The notes beneath the pieces were generated by a model that saw only the letters and a program-made list of their open reading frames with translations, had not been told where the DNA came from and ran no database searches. Below, piece after piece: positions 43,895 to 57,090 of a DNA stretch of 64,000 bases. Origin of the DNA: Macrostomum lignano (lineage: Eukaryota); the NCBI GenBank assembly GCA_002269645.1, contig NIVC01000211.1:62001-126000 (forward strand), written 5' to 3'. Numbering within the stretch: position 1 is the stretch's first letter; each line of letters begins with the position of its first letter. Both the position numbers and the translations under genes were made by a program.

Positions 43895-44112
43895 AGCACA
43901 TGTGACACTGCTGTCTAACACACAGGTGACATTGCTGTCTAACAGGTGACACAACAATCTAAGACACAGGTGACACTGCTGTCTAACACACAGGTGACAC
44001 AACCATCTAACACACAGGTGACACTTCTGTCTAACACACAGGTGGCCCTGCTGTCTAACACACAGGTGGCCCTGCTTTCTAACACACAGGTGACACTGCT
44101 GTCTAACACACT
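43895..44112. repeat. 24-bp minisatellite (CTGTCTAACACACAGGTGACACTG)
   Basis: About 9 copies. Confidence 0.9.
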
Positions 44113-44879
44113 CAGATGACACTCCTAAAAGATTGACAAACCCACATTTAAAAAATCAGAAGCACTTTTAAGCTCCCACAGTGCATTTCATTTCCTACAG
44201 ATCATCAATAAAAGTGTTGGCTATTCTATAATACAGCAAACACGAAAGTAATAATCTCCGATTGTCGCCCATAATCTCCTTAAGAGATTTTAAGAATTGA
44301 AAGCATCAAAGTACGGTGAGCCTAAGGATTTCGTTAAGACTTTAAGAATCCCAAGAGAGGATATGCACGGGGAGAAATACGCGGATTGAGAAAACTGAGC
44401 GGTCTCCTATAAATTATTTGAGCAGATGTCGCGACAGAACAGTGGAGGGGAGGAGAGGGGGAGGCCAATCAAGTCTGAACGATTCCACGAAACCAGAAAG
44501 TAGATAAGAGAGGGAGGGAGATAATTAGCTGGGTCCCAGGAAGTGCGGGACGTGAAGATGATGGAGGGCACAGAGAGATTGAGGATAATTGCGATGCCTG
44601 CTCAATTCAAGCGGCTTAAAATGGCACGAAGGAGTTTAAGAGATCGTTTCAAGATGAGGCGCATTAATGGTTATGGAAAACTAAACCAGGCTAAAAAATC
44701 CTAAACATAATATAAGTGTACCGAGGGACCAAAACTCACTGAAAGTCGCTTAGAATTATAATGAAATGAGTATTAATAGTAAAGTAAGCTACATGTAAAT
44801 TTGAGCGGCAAAATGTGTCAGACTTCGTGTCAGAAGTCTATCAGATTGAATATGAGGAGGTTAATGTGTCAGGAAGTGC

Positions 44880-47068
44880 CAAGCTGACTGTCAAAGTGAC
44901 TGTCAGATGGTGTCAAACTGACTGTCAGATGGTGTCACACTGACTGTCAGATGATGTAAAACTGACTGTCAGATGGTGTCAAACTGTTAGATGTGTCAAA
45001 CTGATTGTCAGGTGGTGTCAAACTGTCAGATGGTGTCAAATGGACTGTCAGATGGTGTGTCAAACTGACTGTCAGATGGTGTCAAACTGATTGTCAAATG
45101 GTGTCAAACTGACTGTCAGATGGTGTCACACTGACTGTCAGATGATGTAAAACTGACTGTCAGATGGTGTCAAACTGTTAGATGTGTCAAACTGATTGTC
45201 AGGTGGTGTCAAACTGTCAGATGGTGTCAAATGGACTGTCAGATGGTGTGTCAAACTGACTGTCAGATGGTGTGTCAAACTGACTGTCAGATGGTGTGTC
45301 AAACTGACTGTCAGATGGTGTCAAACTGACTGTCAGATGGTGTCAAACTGACTGTCAGATGGTGTGTCATACTGACTGTCAGATGGTGTGTCAAACTGAC
45401 TGTCAGGTGGTGTCAAACTGACAGTCAGATAGTGTCAAACTGTTAGATGTGTCAAACTGACTGTCAGATGGTGTCAAACTGACTGTCAGATGGTGTGTCA
45501 AACTGACTGTCAGATGGTGTGTCAAACTGACTGTCAGGTGGTGTCAAACTGACAGTCAGATAGTGTCAAACTGTTAGATGTGTCAAACTGACTGTCAGAT
45601 GGTGTCAAACTGACTGTCAGATGGTGTCAGACTGACTGTCAGATGATGTCAAACTGACTGTCAGATGGTGTGTCAAACTGACTGTCAGGTGGTGTCAAAC
45701 TGACTGTCAGATGGTGTCAAACTGACTGTCAGATGGTGTCACACTGACTGTCAGATGGTGTGTCAAACTGACTGTCAGATGGTGTCAAACTGACTGTCAG
45801 GTGGTGTCAAACTGACTGTCAGATGGTGTCAAACTGACTGTCAGATGGTGTCAAACTGACTGTCAGATGGTGTGTCAAACTGACTGTCAGGTGGTGTCAA
45901 ACTGACTGTCAGATGGTGTGTCAAACTGACTGTCAGATGGTGTGTCAAACTGACTGTCAGGTGGTGTCAAACTGACAGTCAGATAGTGTCAAACTGTTAG
46001 ATGTGTCAAACTGATTGTCAGGTGGTGTCAAACTGTCAGATGGTGTCAAATGGACTGTCAGATGGTGTGTCAAACTGACTGTCAGATGGTGTGTCAAACT
46101 GACTGTCAGATGGTGTGTCAAACTGACTGTCAGATGGTGTCAAACTGACTGTCAGATGGTGTCAAACTGACTGTCAGATGGTGTGTCAAACTGACTGTCA
46201 GATGGTGTGTCAAACTGACTGTCAGGTGGTGTCAAACTGACTGTCAGATGGTGTGTCAAACTGACTGTCAGATGGTGTGTCAAACTGACTGTCAGGTGGT
46301 GTCAAACTGACAGTCAGATAGTGTCAAAACTGTTAGATGTGTCAAACTGACTGTCAGATGGTGTGTCAAACTGACTGTCAGGTGGTGTCAAACTGACTGT
46401 CAGATGGTGTGTCAAACTGACTGTCAGATGGTGTGTCAAACTGACTGTCAGGTGGTGTCAAACTGACAGTCAGATAGTGTCAAACTGTTAGATGTGTCAA
46501 ACTGACTGTCAGATGGTGTCAAACTGACTGTCAGATGATGTCAAACTGACTGTCAGGTGGTGTGTCAAACTGACTGTCAGGTGGTGTGTCAAACTGACTG
46601 TCAGATGATGTCAAACTGACTGTCAGATGATGTCAAACTGACTGTCAGATGGTGTCAAACTGACTGTCAGATGGTGTGTCAAACTGACTGTCAGATGGTG
46701 TGTCAAACTGACTGTCAGGTGGTGTCAAACTGACTGTCAGATGGTGTCAAACTGACTGTCAGATGGTGTCAAACTGACTGTCAGATGGTGTCAAACTGAC
46801 TGTCAGATGGTGTCAAACTGACTGTCAGATGGTGTCAAACTGACTGTCAGATGGTGTGTCAAACTGACTGTCAGATGGTGTGTCAAACTGACTGTCAGAT
46901 GGTGTGTCAAACTGACTGTCAGATGGTGTGTCAAACTAACTGTCAGGTGGGGTCAAACTGACAGTCAGATAGTGTCAAACTGTTAGATGTGTCAAACTGA
47001 CTGTCAGATGGTGTCAAACTGACTGTCAGATGATGTCAAACTGACAGTCAGATAGTGTCAAACTGACT
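44880..47068. repeat. 2.2-kb 22/24-bp minisatellite (TGTCAAACTGACTGTCAGATGG)
   Basis: About 95 copies. Each carries the palindrome CTGAC-T-GTCAG. Confidence 0.97.
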
Positions 47069-47709
47069 CTCAAAAATGTTCTCAATCTGAGCAAAACAAA
47101 ATGATTTTAACATTGATTAAACAAAATGACAAAAACTTGATCTGCCTTATTAGCAATCGATGAAAACACACAGAGCAAGGCTTGCCTAGCGAAAACAGAG
47201 ATGATTTATTTAATCCTACTGAGTGGCAAAGAATTTTATTATATTCATAATCAAAACGGACAGAAGCAGCGAGCCAGAGGGGCAGCAAACTCTACACAGA
47301 ATTAGCTTTAATTATTCTATATAATATGAATGGATGCATAGGCATAATTTCATTGCAACAGTAAAAACAGAATTACAGAAATCTTCGCGTCCCTAAGAAA
47401 TGTTCAAATCTGTGCAAACATTGTAAGGCATATTTAATAAGCACAAATCCAGTCTGTTTAATTAAAACTAGAGTTGAAATTGATGATGCAGAGATACAGC
47501 TGCCAGTGTACAGACTAGTGCAAAGCATTGTAAAGGAGATCCATTGTTAATAAAGGCACAACGCTACATAAAAGTTAAAGGGTAATATAAAATAATTGAA
47601 AAACGACACTAAATTTATATATAAATATTGGTACAGTTTTGTTTTAACTGAAAAAATTGTTTACCATAAATTCATAAATAAAATTGTCACATTGCACTTC
47701 ACTATCAAG

Positions 47710-48350
47710 CCTGTAACACTCCTGTCTAACATGTAACAGTCATTTGTAACATGTAACACTCCTGTCTAACATGTAACACTCCTGTCTAACATGTAACAGT
47801 CATTTGTAACATGTAACACTCCTGTTTAACATGTAACACTCCTGTCTAACATGTAACAGTCATTTGTAACATGTAACACTCCTGTTTAACATGTAACAGT
47901 AATTTGTAACATGTAACAGTCATTTGTAACATGTAACAGTCATTTGTAACATGTAACACTCCTGTCTAACATGTAACAGTCATTTGTAACATGTAACACT
48001 CCTGTATAACATGTAACAGTCATTTGTAACATGTAACACTCCTGTCTAACATGTAACAGTCATTTGTAACATGTAACAGTCATTTGTAACATGTAACACT
48101 CCTGTCTAACATGTAACAGTCATTTGTAACATGTAACACTCCTGTCTAACATGTAACAGTCATTTGTAACATGTAACACTCCTAGTCCTATCTAACCTGT
48201 AACACTCCTGTCTAACCTGTAACACTCCTGTCTAATATGTAACACTCCTGTCTAACATGTAACACTCCTGTCTAACATGTAACACTCCTGTCTAACATGT
48301 AACACTCCTGTCTAATATGTAACACTCCTGTCTAACATGTAACACTCTTG
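47710..48350. repeat. 20-bp two-variant minisatellite (ACATGTAACACTCCTGTCTA / ACATGTAACAGTCATTTGTA)
   Basis: About 32 copies, interspersed A/B pattern. Confidence 0.96.
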
Positions 48351-49055
48351 TAGAACAATGATTTAGAAAATGCAGAAACAAGAAAAGTTGCACTTATAAC
48401 ATATCTTATAACAACAGAGGTTGACAGAAAAGAGACGAGCATACTATATAAGTACATGTACTCCAGAAGTCACCGAAACTGCTAAGATTAGTGCAACACA
48501 TAAATTTACGTCAAAAAACGGTAAATCTTATTAAAATTAGAAACAGACCCCCACGTCAGCCAATTTAGAATCGCTTTCATTAAGTACTTGACTGAGAACA
48601 ATGGCGCTTGGAAAAATGACAAACCCAAAATTACCTTGTCAAAAAATTTAAACTGAAAATTCCAATTTTTGCATTGGTGCCATTAAGGAATAAAAAACTA
48701 GATTGGGTTCTTCATCTTTCACGGGGGCTTAACAATTCTAAAATGCTTCCCCGGCGAGGCGGCTTTAGTATTTGTACTTTTCTCTGCTTAAGTCTTAAAC
48801 ATCTTCTGCATGGAAGCCACACAAGAGTTGAGTTTGAGTTCATTCCGGCAATACTATTGTCTTTTCCAAGTTCACGACGCGCGGCCATTGTTTTACAGCG
48901 TAACATTACTTTCTTGGGGTTTATAGAGGACCAGTTTGACAGCATTGCAGCACTCCTCTCCTCAAGTAAATAGCAGTTTTTTGTTCCCTTTTTACTGGAA
49001 TCATGCGTGTTTATACTACTTATGGAGTGACTTCTTGTTGTTATGAGGGGCGATA

Positions 49056-50380
49056 GAGTCAGCTGCTACCAGAGGTCTTTGTCGCGGTTGGGGAGGATCG
49101 GACAGATTCTCAGATAGTCAGCTGCTACCAGAGGTCTTTGTCGCGGTTGGGGAGGATGAGACAGCTTCTCAGATAGAGTCAGCTGCTACCAGAGGTCTTT
49201 GTCGCGGTTGGGGAGGATCGGACAGATTCTCAGATAGAGTCAGCTGCTACCAGAGGTCTTTGTCGCGGTTGGGGAGGATCTGAGAGATTCTCAGATAGAG
49301 TCAGCTTGTACCAGAGGTCTTTGTCGCGGTTGGGGAGGATCTGAGAGATTCTCAGATAGAGTCAGCTGCTACCAGAGGTCTTTGTCGCGCTTGGGGAGGA
49401 TCTGAGAGATTCTCAGATAGTCAGCTGCTACCAGAGGTCTTTGTCGCGGTTGGGGAGGATCGGACAGATTCTCAGATAGTCAGCTGCTACCAGAGGTCTT
49501 TGTCGCGGTTGGGGAGGATGAGACAGCTTCTCAGATAGAGTCAGCTGCTACCAGAGGTCTTTGTCGCGGTTGGGGAGGATCTGAGAGATTCTCAGATAGA
49601 GTCAGCTGCTACCAGAGGTCTTTGTCGCGGTTGGGGAGGATCTGAGAGATTGTCAGATAGAGTCAGCTGCTACCAGAGGTCTTTGTCGCGCTTGGGGAGG
49701 ATCTGAGAGATTCTCAGATAGTCAGCTGCTACCAGAGGTCTTTGTCGCGCTTGGGGAGGATCTGAGAGATTCTCAGATAGAGTCAGCTGCTACCAGAGGT
49801 CTTTGTCGCGGTTGGGGAGGATCTGAGAGATTGTCAGATAGAGTCAGCTGCTACCAGAGGTCTTTGTCGCGGTTGGGGAGGATCTGAGAGATTGTCAGAC
49901 AGAGTCAGCTTGTACCAGAGGTCTTTGTCGCGGTTGGGGAGGATCTGAGAGATTCTCAGATAGAGTCAGCTTGTACCAGAGGTCTTTGTCGCGGTTGGGG
50001 AGGATCGGACAGATTCTCAGATAGAGTCAGCTGCTACCAGAGGTCTTTGTCGCGCTTGGGGAGGATCGGACAGATTCTCAGATAGAGTCAGCTGCTACCA
50101 GAGGTCTTTGTCGCGGTTGGGGAGGATCTGAGAGATTGTCAGATAGAGTCAGCTTGTACCAGAGGTCTTTGTCCCGGTCGGGGAGGATCGGACAGATTGT
50201 CAGATAGACTCAGCTTGTACCAGAGGTTTTTGTCGCGGTTGGGGATCGGACAGATTCTCAGATAGAGTCAGCTTGTACCAGAGGTATTTGTCGCGCTTGG
50301 GGAGGATTTTACAGATTCTCAGATAGAGTCAGCTGGTATCAGAGGTCTTTGTCGCGACTGGGGATCTGACAGATTCTCAG
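49056..50380. repeat. 59-61 bp minisatellite directly 3' of the pirin stop codon
   Basis: AGATAGAGTCAGCTGCTACCAGAGGTCTTTGTCGCGGTTGGGGAGGATCTGAGAGATTCTC, about 22 copies. Confidence 0.97.
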
Positions 50381-50391
50381 CACAAAAGTGA

Positions 50392-50888
50392 TCAATTGCC
50401 ATCAGAAGCAGAATCAGCGTTGGCTTTCTGCAAAGCCAGAGCCGCATTAATCTGCCGCTGCCGCTCCGCCGCACCGGGAGGTGGGCATTCGCCCATCAGG
50501 CCCTGGCGGTAGTCTTGCACCGCCTCGCGGATCTCCTGCTCTGTGCACATGGCGAACGGGCCGTACTTGACAACGGGTTCTCGCAAAGGCACACCGGCGC
50601 CAATCAACAGGTGGCAGGGCTCGCTGTCTGTGGACACTAAAAGAGATTCGCCTTGGCCGAGAGAGGCTCGCCAGTGCGGGGGCAGTGGCCGGCCGCCCAC
50701 AATGGCGCTTGAGCCGCTGAAGCAATAGGCGAATGCGCAGCCGTACTGGTCTGGGATCTGCGGGGAGCGAGGGGGACAGGTTTAGCGCGGTTTAGTGCAG
50801 TCATGCAGTGTATTATTGCCTTAGCATCTTTTTAGAATAATCTCATAGGTTGTCTGTCCCAGTGTGTCTGTCCGTCTATCTATCTATC

Positions 50889-50935
<47 letters not shown>

Positions 50936-53900
50936 TGCCAGGACCTGCACCGGAGCGGTTACGAAAATTAGATTTCTCGGTAGTTGTACGCACTCTTTTG
51001 CACTACTTGAGTAGTCTGATTTTCGTTCGGCATGGCTGGTTCCAGCAGGTAGTTCCTCTGGATAAAAGCGCTTACCGCGCCCATTGGCTTTCCAGCTGCC
51101 TTAATCGTTTCCGGTGATCTTGTGTGCGTGCTTTTAGCTTGATTGGCTGCGGCAAGCAAGCTCGAAAGAGCTCGCTTCGCTCGCTCTTTCTCGCTATCTA
51201 CTATCTATCTATCTATCTATCTATCCATCTATCTTCTGTCTGTCTGTCTGGCTGACCGTAACTGACCACCCTAACATTTCCAGCCCCCATGAGCTGAGAT
51301 TGCAGTCTTACGCACGAAAACCCAATAATTGACAGCCGGAAAATGCCAGCAGGTAAACAGTCAGAGCAACTATGCACGCGTTTAAATAGTAGCAATGCTT
51401 CGTCATCTTCCGAGTCAAAGCCTTGGCTATGGGCATACAGTATGTAGTTTATAAAAATTGCCAAATAGAGTCAGTCTCTAAATATAGTTAATTATTCTCA
51501 TAATTTCTACTCAATACTTCCAAACCAAAATAGAGTCAGTCTCTAAATATAGTTAATTATTCTCATAATTTCTACTCAATACTTCCGCACGTCCATTTTC
51601 AAGGACGTCAGGTAAATTCAAAGCTTGCACAGCTAAAAGTCTGGTAAAATAACAATTATATTTTCAATTATTTTAAAAAAGCGTTATTTCCCATTTTAAA
51701 TACTCTTAGTAGGCAATAAGCTTATTTTATAATTTTTTTCAATACTAATTTAATTTACTAATTTATAATTACATACAAAGTGTTTTTTGTTTTACTCTGT
51801 AAACCAATTTTCTTTAATAGATTGTCACACCTTAAACCATCACTCTTCAATATCTCTGTCACTCCTTAAACCATCACTCTTCAATATCTCTGTCACTTTT
51901 TAAACAATCACTTTTCAATATCTCTGTCACTCCCTAAACCATCACTCTTCAATATCTCTGTCACTTCTTAAACCCTTAAACCATCACTCTTCAATATCTC
52001 TGTCACTTCTTAAACCCTTAAACCATCACTCTTCAATATCTCTGTCACTCCTTAAACCATCACTCTTCAATATCTCTGTCACTCCTTAAACCATCATTCT
52101 TCAATATCTCTGTCACTCCTTAAACCATCACTCTTCAATATCTTTGTCACTCCTTAAACAATCACTCTTCAATATCTCTGTCACTCCTTAAACCATCACT
52201 CTTCAATATCTCTGTCACTCCTTAAACCATCACTCTTCAATATCTTTGTCACTCCTTAAACAATCACTCTTCAATATCTCTGTCACTCCTTAAACCATCA
52301 CTCTTCAATATCTCTGTCACTCCTTAAACCATCACTCTTCAATATCTTTGTCACTCCTTAAACAATCACTCTTCAATATCTCTGTCACTCCTTAAACCAT
52401 CACTCTTCAATATCTGTCACTCCTTAAACCATCACTCTTCAATATCTCTGTCACTCCTTAAACCATCACTCTTCAATATCTTTGTCACTCCTTAAACAAT
52501 CACTCTTCAATATCTCTGTCACTCCTTAAACCATCACTCTTCAATATCTCTGTCACTCCTTAAACCATCACTCTTCAATATCTTTGTCACTCCTTAAACA
52601 ATCACTCTTCAATATCTCTGTCACTCCTTAAACCATCACTCTTCAATATCTCTGTCACTCCTTAAACCATCACTCTTCAATATCTTTGTCACTCCTTAAA
52701 CAATCACTCTTCAATATCTCTGTCACTCCTTAAACCATCACTCTTCAATATCTGTCACTCCTTAAACCATCACTCTTCAATATCTTTGTCACTCCTTAAA
52801 CCATCACTCTTCAATATCTTTGTCACTCCTTAAACAATCACTCTTCAATATCTCTGTCACTTTTTAAACAATCACTCTTCAATATCTCTGTCACTCCTTA
52901 AACCCTTAAACCATCACTCTTCAATATCTCTGTCACTTTTTAAACAATCACTCTTCAATATCTCTGTCACTTCTTAAACCCTTAAACCATCACTCTTCAA
53001 TATCTCTGTCACTCCTTAAACCATCACTCTTCAATATCTCTGTCACTCCTTAAACCATCATTCTTCAATATCTCTGTCACTCCTTAAACCATCACTCTTC
53101 AATATCTTTGTCACTCCTTAAACAATCACTCTTCAATATCTCTGTCACTCCTTAAACCATCACTCTTCAATATCTGTCACTCCTTAAACCATCACTCTTC
53201 AATATCTTTGTCACTCCTTAAACCATCACTCTTCAATATCTTTGTCACTCCTTAAACAATCACTCTTCAATATCTCTGTCACTTTTTAAACCATCACTCT
53301 TCAATATCTCTGTCACACCTTAAACCATCACAGTTCAATATTCGTCACTCATGAGACAGGTGTAAACCCCAATAACCCATTAAACTTCCAGCCACTACAA
53401 AATCATCAAACGCACCTCCAGTTTAACGCTGGCATCTCGGCGGATCAATTGTACATCCAACAGCAGCACGGTGTAACGCAGCTGACGGCACCTTCAACTC
53501 CGTGACTCGTACCGCTAATGACTCGAATCTCGGCGCCGCCGTCCTCAGTTCGAACTCGGGGCAAATCGTCAGGCGCTACTTCTGTGTAGACAGGATTGCA
53601 GAGCTTGTCAGCTGGCGGCAGGTTTACCCAGATCTGGTAGCCTTCAAGAGTTCCCCCAGATTCCACTAGAGCTGGACCGGGCATCTCAAAGTGCACCAGA
53701 CCGCGGCCGAATCGAATGTGCTGCACGGTGCCCGCCGGCAGGACGCTGTCATGTCCCGCACTGTCGGCGTGATGCACGCTGCCCTGCAGCAGGACGCTGA
53801 TCAGCTCCATGCCTCTGTTAGAAATCAGCGAGATTTATATTCTGACATATCCATTGTGAAAGCTGAGATAGGCCTACAGTACATATGACTTATTTCATAG

Positions 53901-54681
53901 AAAGTCAACGCCACATCTTTGAAAATTGAATATTTCTTGGAAACCGGAAACCATTTCTTAAAATTTTCTAGGAAATTGGACTGTTTTGAAAGCTATTTCT
54001 AAGAAATTAGATGCTTTTGAAAGCTATTTCTAAGAAATTGGATTGTTTTGAAAGCTATTTCTAAGAAATTGGATTGTTTTGAAAGCTATTTCTAAGAAAT
54101 TCGATTGCTTTGAAAACTGTTTCTAAGAAATTGAATGCTTTTGAAAGCTATTTTCAAGAAATTGGATTCTTCTGAAAGCTGCTTAAATGAATTTTGATTC
54201 TACTGAGAGCAATTTTAAGAAAATTGATTCTGAGAGCGATTTCTAAGAAATTTGATTCTCCTGAAAGCTAACTTCAAGAATTTGGATTCTGGAAACTATG
54301 TCTAGAAAGTTGAAACGGCTGTACACCACGAACTGGAAAGCTAGTCACTCCTGTCATAATAATTTTTTCATTTTCAAAATTCCATTAGAAGTTTTTGACT
54401 ATTTCTTTTAAATCCTTTAAATCATTAATAACAATACTAAGTATTGTCTGAGCTATTAATGAAATCATTTTAATTAAACAAGACAAGCATTACCTGTGCG
54501 GATGATCTGCAGCTCCCACAGCTTCCCCAGGCCGAAAAGTGACTGGGCCAATATGATCAAACAGTAGAAACGGGTCCGAAGCTTCAGTATCGTCAATAAC
54601 TTTATACACTGGCAGGCCAGATTCCATTTGATATTGTGCGCATTGTTGCGAGTCTGACTGTGTGCGATCTTTTACTCGCAT
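50392..54681 (-). CDS. PIR: Pirin (bicupin) family protein, 3 exons, ~317 aa once a 1-nt frameshift near 53470 is corrected
   Basis: Exons 54681-54494, 53814-53416, 50757-50392. Motifs DPFLLFDH, DHPHRG, VHFEMP, QIWVNLP, EPVVKYGPFAMCTEQEIREAVQDY. Metal ligands H, H, H and E are present. The frame shifts between …VTP and VLLLDVQL…. Confidence 0.85.
50876..50935. repeat. (CTAT)n microsatellite; a second tract lies near 51197-51235
   Basis: Simple repeat in pirin intron 2. Confidence 0.9.
51830..53340. repeat. 34-bp minisatellite in pirin intron 2 (TCACTCCTTAAACCATCACTCTTCAATATCTCTG)
   Basis: About 44 copies with periodically recurring variants. Confidence 0.97.
53940..54300. repeat. 31-bp minisatellite in pirin intron 1 (TTTCTAAGAAATTGGATTGTTTTGAAAGCTA)
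   Basis: About 11 progressively degenerate copies. Confidence 0.88.
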
Positions 54682-55564
54682 TGTAAGTAATATAAACTGT
54701 TAAGTTATAAGATTTCTAATTTTTTTAATTATGTAGCAAAACCCAACTAGTAGGGCAAAGTGGCACAGACTGATTATCTGACTGAAAGAATAAATAAATA
54801 AGAAAATTATTATTAACAATCTTGTCTTACAAACATGGTCATAAAGTACAATAACTCACCATAATACCATCTTTGAACACTAATATATACAAATCATTAC
54901 AAAAAAGTAAAAAATGTTCATAATATACTACTTAGGAGGCAAATAGTAGCATGATCAGTTTATACATCATGACTAAAAATTATAGCAAGATTTTTTGAGA
55001 TCATTATGGTGGTGGCAGCACTAAACTACTGATAGTAAGCCCTAATGCAAATCAGCATACATTGCATTCCGTGTAAGAGAACCTAAATGACTTGCGCTGC
55101 ATTTTATAACCACTCTACTACAATTGAAACTACCCTCCTCTTGGAATTGAGGACCCCGGCAGATGGAGTAACCCAGCTGGAACAGCAAACCGAAGCTCTC
55201 CAAGAGCAGTGCCGAATTCTAGATGCCAGATGCCCTGAGTAATGAGCAGCAAGAGTTCCACTTGCTGGGATCACAAATAATGATACCTAGGAGCCATGGG
55301 AACTGACTGACCATCAGCTGTGGGATTCCTGGGTCTTTTGGCACAACTGATTTCTTACGCCTTCAAGTCCTCGCTGCTACTAGCGTAGACGAAGACGCCC
55401 AAGTCACAAAACCTGGCACCTGCTATGTGCAGCATCATCAGTTCCATCAACTTCAGCAACTGCACCACAAGACGGCAGCAATCTGCCGCCAAGGACACCG
55501 CCAGCAGTAGGTCAATGTAGACAACAGTAGCAGCAGCAGCAGAGTTCACGTCTGGCACTTACCA

Positions 55565-55935
55565 CCCTGGACTCATGCCAGATGACAGCGATGGAGAAGC
55601 TGGAGCGAGTAAGCCCCACCGTAGCCGACCTGGCAGCCAGCCTGAACGTTGTCTGGACAGATGGGTCCATCGGCAAAGGCTTGCGGAACGGCGGTGGAGC
55701 TCAAGAGGCTTAAGACACCCGCCACCAAGTGCCTGTCGGAGCCTGGTGCAGCAGCTTCAGGGCGGAGCTGGTCACCATCCATGAGGCTCTCCTTTTTCTT
55801 CCTGACAATGCCCCACCACACATTAGCCTGACTTAGCACTTGGCACTGACTATAGACTAGGACAAGATACTGCCAGCCACTTTGATAGCCCTAAGATCAG
55901 CAGTTAACTGGACCACAGGATTCTTGTCGCACTAT
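55565..55935 (+). mobile_element. Degenerate RNase H domain of a non-LTR retrotransposon
   Basis: One plus frame reads VWTDGSIGKGLRNGGGA…VGAWCSSFRAELVTIHEAL (TDGS and SSxxAELxAI motifs), with in-frame stops. Confidence 0.7.
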
Positions 55936-56804
55936 GTTGTATATGAAATGCCCTATCAATATTTAATCAATAACACCCTAGACTGACTGAATATTTAGCT
56001 GCTTACCTCCTAGAGTACATCGCGAAGCATCAGCAAAGACTGGCAAAGACGGAAAGGATTATATAACAATGGCTACAAACATAGATCCAGTGCCAAGAAG
56101 AGAAGAGTCTGCTTAGCCATACATGCGCAACAGTCAGCTGAGTTGGCCGATCTGGCCAACCAATTTGGTGGCCAACCAGGTAAGTCACAAAAATGCCCAC
56201 CCAAATAAATACCAAAGTAGTACTAAGTAGATGACGAGGCATTTTGCCTTAATAAGACAGTTATAATTATTCTTGCCATTTACTCAAAGTTGCATTAATT
56301 TTACTTTAGGGTGGGTTTCTTTTACATGTAAGTTGCATTTTTGGCCAAAAACTATATCACATTTTTGTAAAAGTCGCACGGCCGACCAAATTTTGGAGGT
56401 TGCGCATGCATGTGCTTAGCTAACCCTAAGCTTAAACTGGGAGAGCTGCTTAAATTTCATTGGCCCTAAAATAGCATGTACAAGGTCACCAAGAAAGTAG
56501 GAGAAGTGGCATACTAGATCAAGCCAAGCCAGCAACTGCCTAGCAAGGACACCCTGCCAAGATGTTAGTGCACAATAGCATTATCAAGGTGCCGCAGATG
56601 ATGGCTGATAGACTGCAAGAGCCATTGCGCCTAACTGAAAGACCAATGTTACCCTACAAGTCTAGCGAGGATAGCGACTTGGAACCAGCAGAGCAGCCTA
56701 TTCCAGAACAACAACGTGCAGCTCAGTCTGACCTGCGAGGTAGCCAGCTATTCGAGCCAAGCTTGAGACATCCCAAGATGTCCAGATGAGACCCAGATCT
56801 ACCA

Positions 56805-57090
56805 GATAAAAGGAGAAATGAGAGATGAGAGAGCAAACAAGAGAGAAAAGAGGATAGAGAAGAGAAAAGAGAAGGAAAAACAAAAGAAGAAGGGGAGAGA
56901 GGAGAGAGGAGAGGAGAGAGAAAATAAGAAAAGATAAGAGAGATAAGAGAAGAGAGATAAGGGAAGATACAAGAGAAGAGGGGAGAAAAGAGAGAGAAAA
57001 GAGAAGGAAAGAAAGATGAAAGACAAGAGAGAAGAGAGGAAACAAAATGAGAATATTGAAACTTCAAAGGAGATGTAGGGAGAGTCAGAG
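56805..57090. repeat. Degenerate GA-rich polypurine tract
   Basis: Almost exclusively A/G on the plus strand. Confidence 0.9.

Noticed and set aside
48674-48973. Short ORFs between the satellite blocks
   Set aside because: No recognisable domain and no partner exons.
51463-51586. 59-bp direct duplication (also a 36-bp one near 6848-6921)
   Set aside because: Simple local tandem duplications in AT-rich non-coding DNA, with no further structure.
44880-53340. Long regular arrays as CRISPR loci
   Set aside because: Units are directly adjacent with no unique spacers, there are no cas genes, and the context is eukaryotic.
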